Counted from the stretch's first letter, positions 39,100-48,988 are shown. The stretch is 64,000 nt of DNA from Candidatus Hadarchaeota archaeon (GCA_964621445.1 CAZUNO010000010.1:25456-89455), one strand, 5' to 3'. The notes: a model not told the origin generated them from the letters alone. Program-made: numbers and translations.

Positions 39100-39249
39100 T
39101 CAATTTTTCCCATGCCTTTCCATGGAGGGTTTGGACTCAGGAGGGTTCTTCAGGAAAACGAGGCGAAAGACTACATATACAACTATAATGAAGATCACTA
39201 TGGGTGCAAATAGGGAGATCAGAGGCCCCAGATCGCCGCTGGAAGTCAT
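39100..39249 (-). CDS. 49-aa single-pass membrane protein (below ORF-track cutoff)
   Basis: MTSSGDLGPLISLFAPIVIFIIVVYVVFRLVFLKNPPESKPSMERHGKN; same strand as both neighbours and fills the gap. Confidence 0.6.
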   Translation of the reverse strand: MTSSGDLGPLISLFAPIVIFIIVVYVVFRLVFLKNPPESKPSMERHGKN

Positions 39250-39318
39250 CGTAAATAACCTTGCCAAGCTATCATTTAGCTAGAGGAGAAAAATCTATCA
39301 TATTTTCCGGTTTAAGGC

Positions 39319-40764
39319 TCAAATGGGGACAATACTGCCGGTTAATGGAGAACTCACCGATTCTCTTCCCTTGACATAGTTGGCCAGTGCATTTACTGCA
39401 CCAGCATCCAGGTTCTCTCTTTCATCCCCGTATTTTGCTGGTATTCCCTGGGTGGTTAGAAAACATGCATCATACTCCTTGGCTGGATCCAGTCTTTTCC
39501 CTCCCACATAGAACTCGTGTATTCGTTTTCCGCCGGGGTTTTCAATTTTAAAGTAGATATTAACTCCTAGGCATCTCTTGACATATCCCCCCATTTGCTG
39601 GTAGGGGTCGGGAGAGAACGTTCTCTCCAGGTTTTCCTCCATCATCTCCCATAGTTCCCTGCCACTGATTCTACATTTTGAGATTGGTGGGTTGGTGGGG
39701 ACTATGTTCCAGACATCCTCCATTCTCATCTCTCCGGGTGGAACCGGAGCACCATATCTCCAACCATTTGAAAAGGCCAAATCCGCTTCTGCCTCTTCTG
39801 CGATGGATTTCAGAAGCAGGTTATCCATGGTGGACTCCATTACCGTATTGCGATTCAGGCCGGTCTCGGTCCTGCCAACGGTCTCTTCAAGCTCGTCTCT
39901 ATAGGGGTCCATGACCCGATCAACGATCTTTTGGACATCCGGGTCCTGGGAAATTGAGGGGTCTACCGATATCAATTGGTGATTAAAGTCCTTAATACCG
40001 GAATTCCCGAGCTTGATATCGAGCCTGCCAATGAATGAACCATGACAGCCAGATTGAAATGCAACTGCCCCGTTAACCAACACGGCATCGTAAATTCTGT
40101 TGTGGGTATGTCCACTTACTAGGACATCTATACCATCAACTCGTTTTGCGAGTTTTAATTCCTGGGGATAGCCCAAATGGGAAAGTACGATAACTAGATC
40201 AACTCTTTCCTCCTGGCGCAAATGCTGGATGTGATTACGAAGCTCATCCTCTCCCATGGTGATGTGGATACCCTCGCTAAAGCTACTGGGCATGGTCTTG
40301 TCCACGATATTGGATATGATTCCCAGCACAGCTACCCGTAGCCCCCCTCTTTCCACGATCAGGAAGGGTTTGAATTCCAGCTCCCCGTTGTCCTTTCTGT
40401 AGGAGTTTATTCCCAGGACGGGATAGTGAAGCCTGTTTGATATCTCCTCGAACCTTTTAGGCCCATAAGCGAACTCCCAGTGCCCGGTCATGGCATCGAA
40501 CTTGATTTCATTAAGGATGGGTATGAGCGCTTCTCCACGGCTCTTAACTGCCGGGTAGGTACCATGTATAGTATCTCCATTGTCCAGGGCCAGAACTGAG
40601 CCAGGGTTTCGTTCACGTGTATCCTTGATTATGGTAGCGATCCGGGCATAGCCTCCAGCTTCTCGGTAGGAACCTTGACCGCCGTCCCAGAAGAACTCCG
40701 AATGCGGTTCCATATAGGCATGACTATCATTCATCTGCAGAATGGTTAGATCCCAATTCTCCAA
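39319..40764 (-). CDS. Bifunctional metallophosphatase/5'-nucleotidase, SoxB-related subfamily
   Basis: NDSH, DNGD, GHWEF, SHLG, GHTH, SNGWRYG; no signal peptide. Confidence 0.85.
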   Translation of the reverse strand: MENWDLTILQMNDSHAYMEPHSEFFWDGGQGSYREAGGYARIATIIKDTRERNPGSVLALDNGDTIHGTYPAVKSRGEALIPILNEIKFDAMTGHWEFAYGPKRFEEISNRLHYPVLGINSYRKDNGELEFKPFLIVERGGLRVAVLGIISNIVDKTMPSSFSEGIHITMGEDELRNHIQHLRQEERVDLVIVLSHLGYPQELKLAKRVDGIDVLVSGHTHNRIYDAVLVNGAVAFQSGCHGSFIGRLDIKLGNSGIKDFNHQLISVDPSISQDPDVQKIVDRVMDPYRDELEETVGRTETGLNRNTVMESTMDNLLLKSIAEEAEADLAFSNGWRYGAPVPPGEMRMEDVWNIVPTNPPISKCRISGRELWEMMEENLERTFSPDPYQQMGGYVKRCLGVNIYFKIENPGGKRIHEFYVGGKRLDPAKEYDACFLTTQGIPAKYGDERENLDAGAVNALANYVKGRESVSSPLTGSIVPI

Positions 40765-40872
40765 TACATCTCCCCTTCGGGTGATTCAAGGAGCAATTGA
40801 ATGGCTAATGAATATTGCCCCGCCATCGAATGGTGATACTAAAAGAGCCCAACTGATCATCAAGGAGACCTG

Positions 40873-41376
40873 TCAATGCTCATTTTTGATCTGGGTCATT
40901 GTGTCAATTTTCCATTTACCGTTTTCCTTGACGAAGGTGAATCTCTTCTTCTGAACACCACCCCAGCCCGGAGTTGATGAGGTCTTATTTAGGTAGAATT
41001 CGATAATTGCTTTCCTTCCATTGAATTCGATTTTCGTGATATTAATTATGCTTTTTCGAATTCCATTGTTAATCGCCATGTCTATGACGTGTTTGGTATT
41101 TGATTCGGTGAAGGCCGCCCTACGAAACTTTTCCGAACAACAAATTCGCAGTCCGCTGAGATTTCTATTTTGGTAAGCCCGGTAAAAATTTCGTAGAGTT
41201 TTCTCTGGTGTAGAGAATCCGCCTCCGTTTTCCCGGGAATCCCCAGATAGAAGTAGGTAAGCTCCAAAGAGCATTGATGATATTAAAACCAGGAGGACGA
41301 GCCAAGAGATGCGCTTTTTTCTATTCTTTTCCGGATTATTATCGTTCATAAATATTGATCCAAACCTCATTGGCAT
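40873..41376 (-). CDS. Membrane-anchored NTF2-like (DUF4878-like) protein; start may be 41349
   Basis: N-terminal TM; STPEKT...FY.A; C-terminal FVKENGKWKI. Confidence 0.65.
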   Translation of the reverse strand: MPMRFGSIFMNDNNPEKNRKKRISWLVLLVLISSMLFGAYLLLSGDSRENGGGFSTPEKTLRNFYRAYQNRNLSGLRICCSEKFRRAAFTESNTKHVIDMAINNGIRKSIINITKIEFNGRKAIIEFYLNKTSSTPGWGGVQKKRFTFVKENGKWKIDTMTQIKNEH

Positions 41377-41496
41377 TCCTATTCTGGTTAGGATCCTCTA
41401 ATTTTCGGACCCCAACGGAATTAGATACCTTTAGCCGGTATCAATATCAAAGGCCGCTGCCGATAGTGGGAAATCACAGACTACGGGACCTTGGGG

Positions 41497-41591
41497 TGGT
41501 GCGGCCGCCGGGATTTGAACCCGGGCTGTTGGCTCTCTTCGAGCATTACTCGTGGAAGGCCAAGGTCCTAACCAGACTAGACTACGGCCGC
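41497..41591 (-). tRNA. tRNA-Gly(TCC) with 18-nt intron (41535-41552) at position 37/38 and encoded CCA
   Basis: Acceptor stem GCGGCCG/CGGCCGC-A-CCA; anticodon stem TTGGC/GCCAA; T-loop GTTCAAATC; BHB: CTTC/GAAG helix with CA^C and AG^A bulges. Confidence 0.96.
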
Positions 41592-41842
41592 ACATGGGGC
41601 CAGAATCTTGTTCACGGATTGAAAAATGGTATTCCGTGACATGATTCCCAAGTAGCAAGTTTGACCCGAATGGGCTAAGAAAAATGTGTTGGGAATTTGC
41701 TGGAAGGCATCATTGCTTTTTTTTAAAGGGATGTATCATTATTGATCTGATCTTCATTCTAGACCTTACCGCCAAAATCGATATAGATGAAGGACAGATC
41801 GTATTTTATTTATGGAATGGAAGTGAAATTAACCTAGGTACA

Positions 41843-42670
41843 ATGGCTGAGATAAGAGTTGGATGTAGCGGTTGGTCTTACAAGGATTGGATTGGACCTT
41901 TCTATCCTGAAGGCACGGATTCCAGCGATATGCTCTCTCATTATCTCCGGAAATTTGACACCGTGGAAATCAATAGTACCTTTTACGGGATCCCCAATAA
42001 ATGGGTGGTGAAGAACTGGCTCGAGAAATCCCCGGATGAGTTCCGGTTCTCGGCTAAAATGGTTCGGGATGTAACCCACGAAAACGAGTTGGATTCGGTA
42101 AAATCGGCCTATAGCAAATATATGGTAAACATGCTGCCATTGAAGTCAAAGATGGGGTCAATTCTAGTACAAATGCCCCAAAGATTCAAGGCCAGCGATG
42201 CCAACTACGATCTTCTCGAGGATTTCCTGGCGATGCTCCATGAGGATGCTAAATTCACCATGGAATTTAGGCATCGTTCATGGTTCGATTCCCAGACCTT
42301 CAAACTTCTGGGAAGATACAATGTCGCCTTTTGTGTCGTAAGCCAACCTCAATTCAAGGGCCTGATACCTCCCGAGGCAGTGGTCACAGCTAATCACGCT
42401 TACATAAGGTTCCACGGGCTGAACTACAAGAAGTGGTACGCAGGAAATGGGAACGCCCGTTACGACTACCTATATTCGAAAAAGGAATTAAGGGACTGGA
42501 AGCCCAAGATAGAGGAGGTTCAGGACGAGGCCTCCGATACGGTTTACGTCTATTTCAATAATCATCCTGCCGGACAGGCGCCCAAGAATGCAAAGATGAT
42601 GATGGACCTGTTAGGGGTTAGCCCCAGGACACCGGATCTTTCAGGAGAAAGTGAACAGAAGAGGCTCTAG
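41843..42670 (+). CDS. DUF72 domain protein
   Basis: VGCSGWSY..W.G.FYP, VEINSTFY, EFRH.SW, YIRFHG, RYDYLYS, YFNNH. Confidence 0.93.
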   Translation: MAEIRVGCSGWSYKDWIGPFYPEGTDSSDMLSHYLRKFDTVEINSTFYGIPNKWVVKNWLEKSPDEFRFSAKMVRDVTHENELDSVKSAYSKYMVNMLPLKSKMGSILVQMPQRFKASDANYDLLEDFLAMLHEDAKFTMEFRHRSWFDSQTFKLLGRYNVAFCVVSQPQFKGLIPPEAVVTANHAYIRFHGLNYKKWYAGNGNARYDYLYSKKELRDWKPKIEEVQDEASDTVYVYFNNHPAGQAPKNAKMMMDLLGVSPRTPDLSGESEQKRL

Positions 42671-42676
42671 GATCTA

Positions 42677-43024
42677 TTATCGTTTCCTTATTTCCAGCCA
42701 TCTCTCCTCTTCGGATAGACCACTGAAGCCTTCCCAACTGCCGGATCTCTCCAGGCTGTCCAGCAATTCAGACATTCTGGATTTAAAGCCCTGAAGGATC
42801 TGCTTTAGTTGTGCCTTATCAACATCTGTTGAGGCCAACCACTCATTTACCGAGTCTGGAATCTCTCCTGAGTTGGCTTTTTGCTTGAAATCCTCTATAT
42901 CCAGTTTCTCAGCAAGAATGGAGGCGATAAACCTTCCTGCTTCCCGAGGACCTCCTTCCTTTTTGTCCTTGAGTATCTGGTCAAATTCCTTCTGGCTCGG
43001 ATTAAAATCGACCATATAGATCAT
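42677..43024 (-). CDS. Hypothetical protein
   Basis: Charged, helical composition; GGAAGG upstream; fills the gap. Confidence 0.55.
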   Translation of the reverse strand: MIYMVDFNPSQKEFDQILKDKKEGGPREAGRFIASILAEKLDIEDFKQKANSGEIPDSVNEWLASTDVDKAQLKQILQGFKSRMSELLDSLERSGSWEGFSGLSEEERWLEIRKR

Positions 43025-43139
43025 TCCTTCCTATTGAGGGAGAAGATAAGTCTTTCATTGATTTCATGATTCTATTTTGAAATGTGGGGAAGGAATGATC
43101 GGTTCATTAACCCTTAAATAGCCGCAATTTAACTAGTCT

Positions 43140-44033
43140 TTGATGGAGTATCGCTGGCCATTCCTTGTGCTCCTCGCGGTATGTGTTGCCCCCTCAGTTC
43201 ATGCCATTGAAGGCTGGGCAGTTATTGTGGAAATGAATGAATTTCCAGAACCATACGGTGATATACCCGTGAACTATCTGAACTCCGGAAGGCTCACGGA
43301 GCTGCTCCTATCCCAAGGATGGAAAGAAGGGCAAATCAATAGGAGTAAGGGCGCAATATTCTCGGAGGATATCGAATCTCTTCTCGGGTGGTTAGAAGAA
43401 AAAAGCGGCAAAGATGATATCCTAATCTTCTACATATTCACCCACGGTGGTTGGATGTCCAAAGTACTGGAATGGAATGAATGGTTCCCTGAGGCGTGGA
43501 TGGATTTGAATGCCTCCAGGAAGCTGCTAATCGTGGATACCTGTAACTCCGGGAGTTATATTCAAAATCTGTCACGAGTTCCAGAGGGCCATATCTCAAT
43601 CTCCGGATGCTCCCGGGGAGAGGTGGAGTGGGCGGGACTTGAGGAGGAAGGGTTGCCCATAATAGGCTCGGTCTGGAACTTCTATCTCACGTCAGCTTTC
43701 CTGAATCAGAGCGCGGATAACAACTCGGATGGATATGTGTCGGTGGAAGAAGCCCAAAGGTGGGCCTCCGAGGAAACACGGGCCTACATGGCAGACATGG
43801 TGTTCTCAGACCCAGATTTTTTGGACCTTTATCACCAGGAAGGCATCTACCCCGAAAGAATGGAGGGCTACCCCAATCCCCTCATTTTCGATAACTACGG
43901 GGGCGAGCTGGTTCTTGCGCTTGATTATTACGTTTCCCAATCGGTGGACTGGGTAGTCTTGGTTATTTTATTACTGATGGCAATTCTTGGTACATGGCCA
44001 TCTATTTTATCCCCAGAATCTTTTCGAGGTTAA
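43140..44033 (+). CDS. Secreted, membrane-anchored clan CD cysteine peptidase (caspase/C14- or C13-like)
   Basis: Signal peptide; DDILIFYIFTHGG (His), IVDTCNSG (Cys), ADNNSDGYVSVEEA; C-terminal TM. Confidence 0.75.
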   Translation: MMEYRWPFLVLLAVCVAPSVHAIEGWAVIVEMNEFPEPYGDIPVNYLNSGRLTELLLSQGWKEGQINRSKGAIFSEDIESLLGWLEEKSGKDDILIFYIFTHGGWMSKVLEWNEWFPEAWMDLNASRKLLIVDTCNSGSYIQNLSRVPEGHISISGCSRGEVEWAGLEEEGLPIIGSVWNFYLTSAFLNQSADNNSDGYVSVEEAQRWASEETRAYMADMVFSDPDFLDLYHQEGIYPERMEGYPNPLIFDNYGGELVLALDYYVSQSVDWVVLVILLLMAILGTWPSILSPESFRG

Positions 44034-44862
44034 GATGTGCGATCTTTCGCTTAGCTTTCATTGGAATATCTGCCTTTACCAGGAAATCTATAATGGGAAG
44101 TTTCTGATCAGGATAAATGCAGTCGGTTCCGAATAGAAGCTTGTCCGAGACGTCCGTGAGAAATTCCATTGCGTATTGGGGGTCCCTTTGAAGAGCATTG
44201 TACCCGGACCCGGCGGATATATCGGCGTATAAATTTTGGTGTTCGGTCAGAAGCTCCGGGACCCTACCACCTCTCTTGATCGGGCCTTTGGGGTAGTTTA
44301 CGTCCGGGTCCACCTCGGCAGAGATCTCTCTCCACCATCCCGGGCCATGAGCGATAAATGTGGTTTCCTTTAGAGTTGATACCACCCTCTCCAGTCCAGG
44401 TAGTCCTACGCGGTCGTAATTTCGCAGGTTATCCATGTGGAAAACCACCGGTAATCCAAGATACCCACATGCCTCATAGATCTTCATGGACCGAGGATCG
44501 TTTATGGCTAAACCGGCCAGATGCTCGCCAAAACCCTTGGCCCCGTCTCCGATATATCTCTCGATTATCGACAGGAAATCCGTGGATGTATCCGACCTCC
44601 CCCTTCTAGGGTCGACTCCACAGAAGGGAATTAATTTATCGGGAAATTTCTTGCAGGTCTCAATAACCTCCCGACTCAACACATAATAGTATGTCTCCTC
44701 AGGATTTTCGATTGATAACACTACGGATCTTTCTATGCTCTCCTCTTTCATTCTCTGAATGAGCTGTTTGGCGGTTTGACCCTTCCCGGGTGCGATTTCG
44801 CCGATATGGGTATGAGCGTCAAATAGATGAAGGCTTTCTCTTTCCGTGCTCATAGGTAACAA
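44002..44862 (-). CDS. Amidohydrolase family protein (Amidohydro_2)
   Basis: DAHTH, GFGE, FH.D, IAHG, LYADISA, LLFGTD. Confidence 0.88.
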   Translation of the reverse strand: MLPMSTERESLHLFDAHTHIGEIAPGKGQTAKQLIQRMKEESIERSVVLSIENPEETYYYVLSREVIETCKKFPDKLIPFCGVDPRRGRSDTSTDFLSIIERYIGDGAKGFGEHLAGLAINDPRSMKIYEACGYLGLPVVFHMDNLRNYDRVGLPGLERVVSTLKETTFIAHGPGWWREISAEVDPDVNYPKGPIKRGGRVPELLTEHQNLYADISAGSGYNALQRDPQYAMEFLTDVSDKLLFGTDCIYPDQKLPIIDFLVKADIPMKAKRKIAHLNLEKILGIK

Positions 44863-44965
44863 CTACAGCAAGGCGGCGATCATTCCCTTCTAATATCTAT
44901 CCGTTTCATTTCCAAAAGAGGGCAAGCCAGGGAAACTTCCGCAATAATTAATACCTTAATCGCAG

Positions 44966-45835
44966 ATGTTGACAAACATGAATGAATCAGTTCCCAAACG
45001 GACTCTCGGTAGTACCGGAGAGAAGGTGTCTATAATTGGGGTCGGGGGTCACCATATCGGTAGGACCAAAGATGAGAATACCGGAATAAAGATCGTCAGA
45101 GGGGCAATCGAGAAGGGCGTGAACTTCCTGGATAATGCCTGGTGTTACCATGATGGAAGAAGCGAGAGGATAATGGGAAAGGCTCTGGAGGGAGGATATA
45201 GGGAGAGAGTCTTCCTGATGACCAAGAATCATGGTCGGAATTATGAAGCCTATATGAGCCAGCTTGAGCAAAGCCTGGAGAGACTAAATACTGATTGCAT
45301 TGATCTTGTACAGTTCCACGAGATAATCCAGGAAGGAGATCCTCAGAAAATATTTGAAAATGGAGCGATTGATGCCGCCGTTGATGCTCGGGATCAGGGA
45401 AAGATACGCTATATCGGTTTCACCGGGCATAAATGGCCATACCTATTCGAGCAGATGTTGGAAACGGATTTTCAATGGGACACGGTTCAAATGCCAGTTA
45501 ACCTCCTCGATTATCATTACAGAAGCTTCCAGGACCAGATAATGCCCAGGCTAGAGGATAGGGGAATAGGAATAATTGGAATGAAGAGCATGTCGGGAGG
45601 CCGTTTAGTAAAGGCGGGGATTACAAAACCGGAGGATAACCTTCGGTATGCGCTTTCCATGCCCATATCCACCCTGGTAAGTGGAATGGATTCGGTAAAG
45701 ATGATGAACCAGAATATTGATGTGGCTAGAAGTTTCGAGCCGCTTAGTGTAATGGAAATGGCAGATCTTCGTGGAAAAACCCAGGGTGCGGCGAAGGAAG
45801 GAAAATATGAGTATTACAAGACCCGCAAGGACTAG
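44966..45835 (+). CDS. Aldo/keto reductase
   Basis: LG.TG..VS, FLDNAW.Y, SE..MG, MTK, GKIRYIGFTGH, GMK. Confidence 0.92.
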   Translation: MLTNMNESVPKRTLGSTGEKVSIIGVGGHHIGRTKDENTGIKIVRGAIEKGVNFLDNAWCYHDGRSERIMGKALEGGYRERVFLMTKNHGRNYEAYMSQLEQSLERLNTDCIDLVQFHEIIQEGDPQKIFENGAIDAAVDARDQGKIRYIGFTGHKWPYLFEQMLETDFQWDTVQMPVNLLDYHYRSFQDQIMPRLEDRGIGIIGMKSMSGGRLVKAGITKPEDNLRYALSMPISTLVSGMDSVKMMNQNIDVARSFEPLSVMEMADLRGKTQGAAKEGKYEYYKTRKD

Positions 45836-45848
45836 TAAAACCTTGCCC

Positions 45849-46088
45849 CTACTGATTCTCCTCTTCCAAGTTTTCATAGCGTCTTTTGACCTCTTCAAAG
45901 GCGTCGCTTGAGAGCTTGGCGACCTCTCTGGTTTTCCCAACTATATTGTCCTTGACTGGACCATCCTCCAGCTCATCGGCCATTATATTGACATTTTTGG
46001 CTAGCTGGACAAGAGGTTCCATCATACTGAGAAGTGATTCTAGGTTCGCCATATCCGCCTTTGTGGAATCAGTATCCTCGGTGCTCAT
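45849..46088 (-). CDS. Hypothetical small helical protein
   Basis: GGAGGT SD upstream; amphipathic helices. Confidence 0.6.
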   Translation of the reverse strand: MSTEDTDSTKADMANLESLLSMMEPLVQLAKNVNIMADELEDGPVKDNIVGKTREVAKLSSDAFEEVKRRYENLEEENQ

Positions 46089-46175
46089 TTTACATCTACC
46101 TCCGTTTGGCAGTATAGAATGAAGAGTTTGAATAAATCCATTTATTTCTTCTCCAAGACATAACGGAAATATAGG

Positions 46176-47170
46176 TCATTTGTACAATACCCGAAGAGGA
46201 TCATCAAAAATATTCTCGAACCTACCTGGGCCGACCTTTCGGGTTGAATGACCAACATCCATCTTGAACCCGACGTTGCTGGTTCCTTTCAAGCGATCCT
46301 GGTCCAGCTCGGCAGAGAAACAGGTGTTTAACCTTACGGTGTCTCCCGGACCATATTCCCAGATCTCCACCTCGCCCGGGGTGAGATTTCCCGTGTCGCC
46401 AGAAATCGATATTTCTCCATTCCTTATTCTCTCGATGCGAGCCTCCCTGCCTTCACCATCAACCAGAACAGCTCCATCGTAATGCCCTTGGGATGCTATA
46501 AGGGCCATTTCTCCTTCTAGGTTCCCTACATCTCGGATGGGCAATGACACGGTTAGTTCACCAGATGTATAATCAACCTCCATAATAGTTCCTTTAATCT
46601 CCTTGTTCATCTCGACCTTCATCCGTTTCCAGACAAGCTGGCGACCGTTTATGAATATCCCTTTCAATTCCCGGTTTTGGTTTAGCTTAATGGCGGCAAA
46701 TCTTCGCGCGAATTTCCAGTGTTCCCCCTTCATTACTGACGGATCACGGACTCCGCTAAGTATTATGTAGGTCGAGTCCCTCTTCTTCGCCTCAAGCCCC
46801 ATCCGTCGTCGGGGTAGGGACCACCAAGCAGAGACCGATCGGATAATTTTGAGTCTAGGAAGGCCTGGAAGTCATTTGAAGGATACTCCTCGCCACCTAT
46901 TGGGCATTTGAGTTTCCAGGGGCGTTTGAATGGCTCAATGATCCAGGCATAGTTCCCGTATTTGTAGAGGTCCATTCCATGTTCTGGGCAACCAAGGAAC
47001 GAACTGTTAAAGGCCTGTGGAACCTCAGGAGGTGGTACCATCTTCCTGAGGTCAGTCTTTGAAATCCTCATCCAGGGGGAACTTCTTTTCTTGATCCGAG
47101 TTAGGATCTTTCTGGCCTTCTCGCTCTCCTGAATATTCCTTCTTGCGGGGTCCCGTGATCCAAATATCAT
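46176..47170 (-). pseudogene. Probable heparinase II/III-like (polysaccharide lyase) gene remnant with large internal deletion
   Basis: ORF 46763-47170 carries GCP.HG...PWKLKCP.GGE.YPSNDF...DDGWG (recalled as the N-terminus of large heparinase II/III-like proteins). It overlaps out of frame with a beta-rich C-terminal ORF (46176-46802). No catalytic core is present. Confidence 0.55.
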
Positions 47171-47232
47171 ATTTACTGGAGGAGATCAAGAATGGTGGAC
47201 TCAAAAAAAGTTATCCGTTATGGTTCCTGGGT

Positions 47233-47679
47233 CTATTCTTCCCCTGGTTCAAATGTCCTAACCACCACCAGAAGAAAATAGGAACCGGCGGCAATAACTA
47301 TAAGGAGTAGGCCGAAAACGGGGCTAGATAGCATAAACAGGAATCCTATGACCACCAAGATTAGCAGGATCTTTTTGTATATTCCGTAGTCGATTCGTGA
47401 TGTTCCAATATCTCCAATAATCGATTTTTTCCGACTGCCGCTTGCGATGAAATTACCCAGATTTCCCGGTTGATCACCCGGTTTCCATCCGCTCTTTCTT
47501 TTCCCCCCGAGATAAAGGGAGATGGCAATCAAGAACCCAAATGAGGAGTAGGTCACCGCCAGGATGGCGAGTACATCAAAGGAACCTATATCTCCTCCAA
47601 AATAAGCAACCATTGTGTAGAGGGAGATTATGACTATGACTCCCAGGCTAATATACCATAGGATCTCCTCGATTCGCAC
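47233..47679 (-). CDS. Hypothetical membrane protein (4 TM)
   Basis: Two hydrophobic hairpins separated by a basic loop; GTG start preferred. Confidence 0.6.
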   Translation of the reverse strand: MRIEEILWYISLGVIVIISLYTMVAYFGGDIGSFDVLAILAVTYSSFGFLIAISLYLGGKRKSGWKPGDQPGNLGNFIASGSRKKSIIGDIGTSRIDYGIYKKILLILVVIGFLFMLSSPVFGLLLIVIAAGSYFLLVVVRTFEPGEE

Positions 47680-47757
47680 GGTTGAATCTTTGAAGATGAT
47701 AAGATAACTCTGATGTTTCTGATGATATTTTTCACAAGCCAAAATTACGGTCGATCA

Positions 47758-48270
47758 ATGAAGAAGGTTCCTTGGCGCCGGGTTTCATCCTGGGAATGTA
47801 TGAGTTGCGGATTTTGTTGCCAGACCCTAAAACCCATACTTGATGATCACGAAAAGGAGATACTGATTGATCATTTTGGAGAGAATGTTATAGTTGGTGA
47901 GCACCGGCTGTCTAAGATAACCAAGTTGGGGGAAAGGTGCTTTTTTCAGAGATATGTTGATGGACAGTCTATTTGCCTGCTCCAGAATACGGGACTGAAG
48001 CCCGCTTCCTGTCGTACCTATCCCTTTGTTGTATCCGTTGAGCCACTAGGCCTGGGTAGGGATGAGGAAGCTAGTTTGGATTTCAATGGCCAGGAGTTCT
48101 ACGTTTACGTCGATTCGGATTGTGCAGGAGTCAACCTAGGTAATCCGAGTGGGAGGCTGGTCGATAAAATACTCCCCGAGGTTTTAAAGATCGCCATTTC
48201 TGACATCGAGGACCAGGAACATACCACTTCCTCACGGCCATATTCCCTTATTCCCCTTCCCAGGACCTGA
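47758..48270 (+). CDS. YkgJ family CxxCxxCC cysteine-cluster protein
   Basis: W.CMSCGFCC, C.F, C.L...KP..C..YPF. Confidence 0.85.
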   Translation: MKKVPWRRVSSWECMSCGFCCQTLKPILDDHEKEILIDHFGENVIVGEHRLSKITKLGERCFFQRYVDGQSICLLQNTGLKPASCRTYPFVVSVEPLGLGRDEEASLDFNGQEFYVYVDSDCAGVNLGNPSGRLVDKILPEVLKIAISDIEDQEHTTSSRPYSLIPLPRT

Positions 48271-48322
48271 TTTTGATGCTTCACCTTTTGATTGAATGGA
48301 GATAGGCTCTGGGTTGGGCATT

Positions 48323-48988
48323 TCATCCATAACGAGATGCTATAATGAGGTCGAGCGTGTTGGCCGTTTCCTGTGCCGCATCGGCTGCGTCCTCCAAATT
48401 CATTACCACTTCCTTGAGTCTCCAGAATGTGGAAACCCCTATATCATCGGCTATTGAGGATAATCTTCCCATGGTTTTCCTTCGGATGTCGTCCACTTTT
48501 GTCTCGCATTCCCTCACGATTTCGGTTTGCTCCAGAGCGGACCTCCAATCATAGGTTACCTTTTCCAGTGCACCATCAACGGCTTCCGCGGTCTCAATCA
48601 CCGCATCAACGAGTCCTATGAGCAGTTCCTTGATATCGTCAGGAACGATAAGACCCTCCGCCATCTCCATCCTGTGAGCAGAGGCCTCGATACCATTGCC
48701 ATAGCTCTCAAGCTGGAAAAGGAGATTCAGAAGATCATGACGACTATTTGATTCCATGCTTGAGGATGCAATGGTCTTTCTCATCTCCTGGGCTATCTCG
48801 TCACCCTCCTTTGAATGGGCAATCACCTCCTCTGCAATTCTATCCAGGTCATCATACTTCCCCTGAACCAAGTCCATTACGGCATTTCTAAGCAGCTCCG
48901 CGGATTCTCGCGTTTTCTGGGAATGTTCCAGGCAGCGATCAAAGAGTTCTCTTTCCTTCTTCACACCTAACCATCGTATAGCAGACAT
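48323..48988 (-). CDS. DUF47 family (PhoU-like) phosphate transport regulator
   Basis: Duplicated helical repeats with E/K..(G/V)D motifs; LEDAAD. Confidence 0.8.
   Translation of the reverse strand: MSAIRWLGVKKERELFDRCLEHSQKTRESAELLRNAVMDLVQGKYDDLDRIAEEVIAHSKEGDEIAQEMRKTIASSSMESNSRHDLLNLLFQLESYGNGIEASAHRMEMAEGLIVPDDIKELLIGLVDAVIETAEAVDGALEKVTYDWRSALEQTEIVRECETKVDDIRRKTMGRLSSIADDIGVSTFWRLKEVVMNLEDAADAAQETANTLDLIIASRYG

Noticed and set aside
40765-40872. Fluoride riboswitch or C/D box sRNA
   Set aside because: Only an isolated TGATGA; no correctly spaced D/D' boxes or riboswitch core.
40873-41497. Integrated element at the tRNA-Gly 3' end
   Set aside because: No integrase and no duplicated tRNA 3' end seen in the window.
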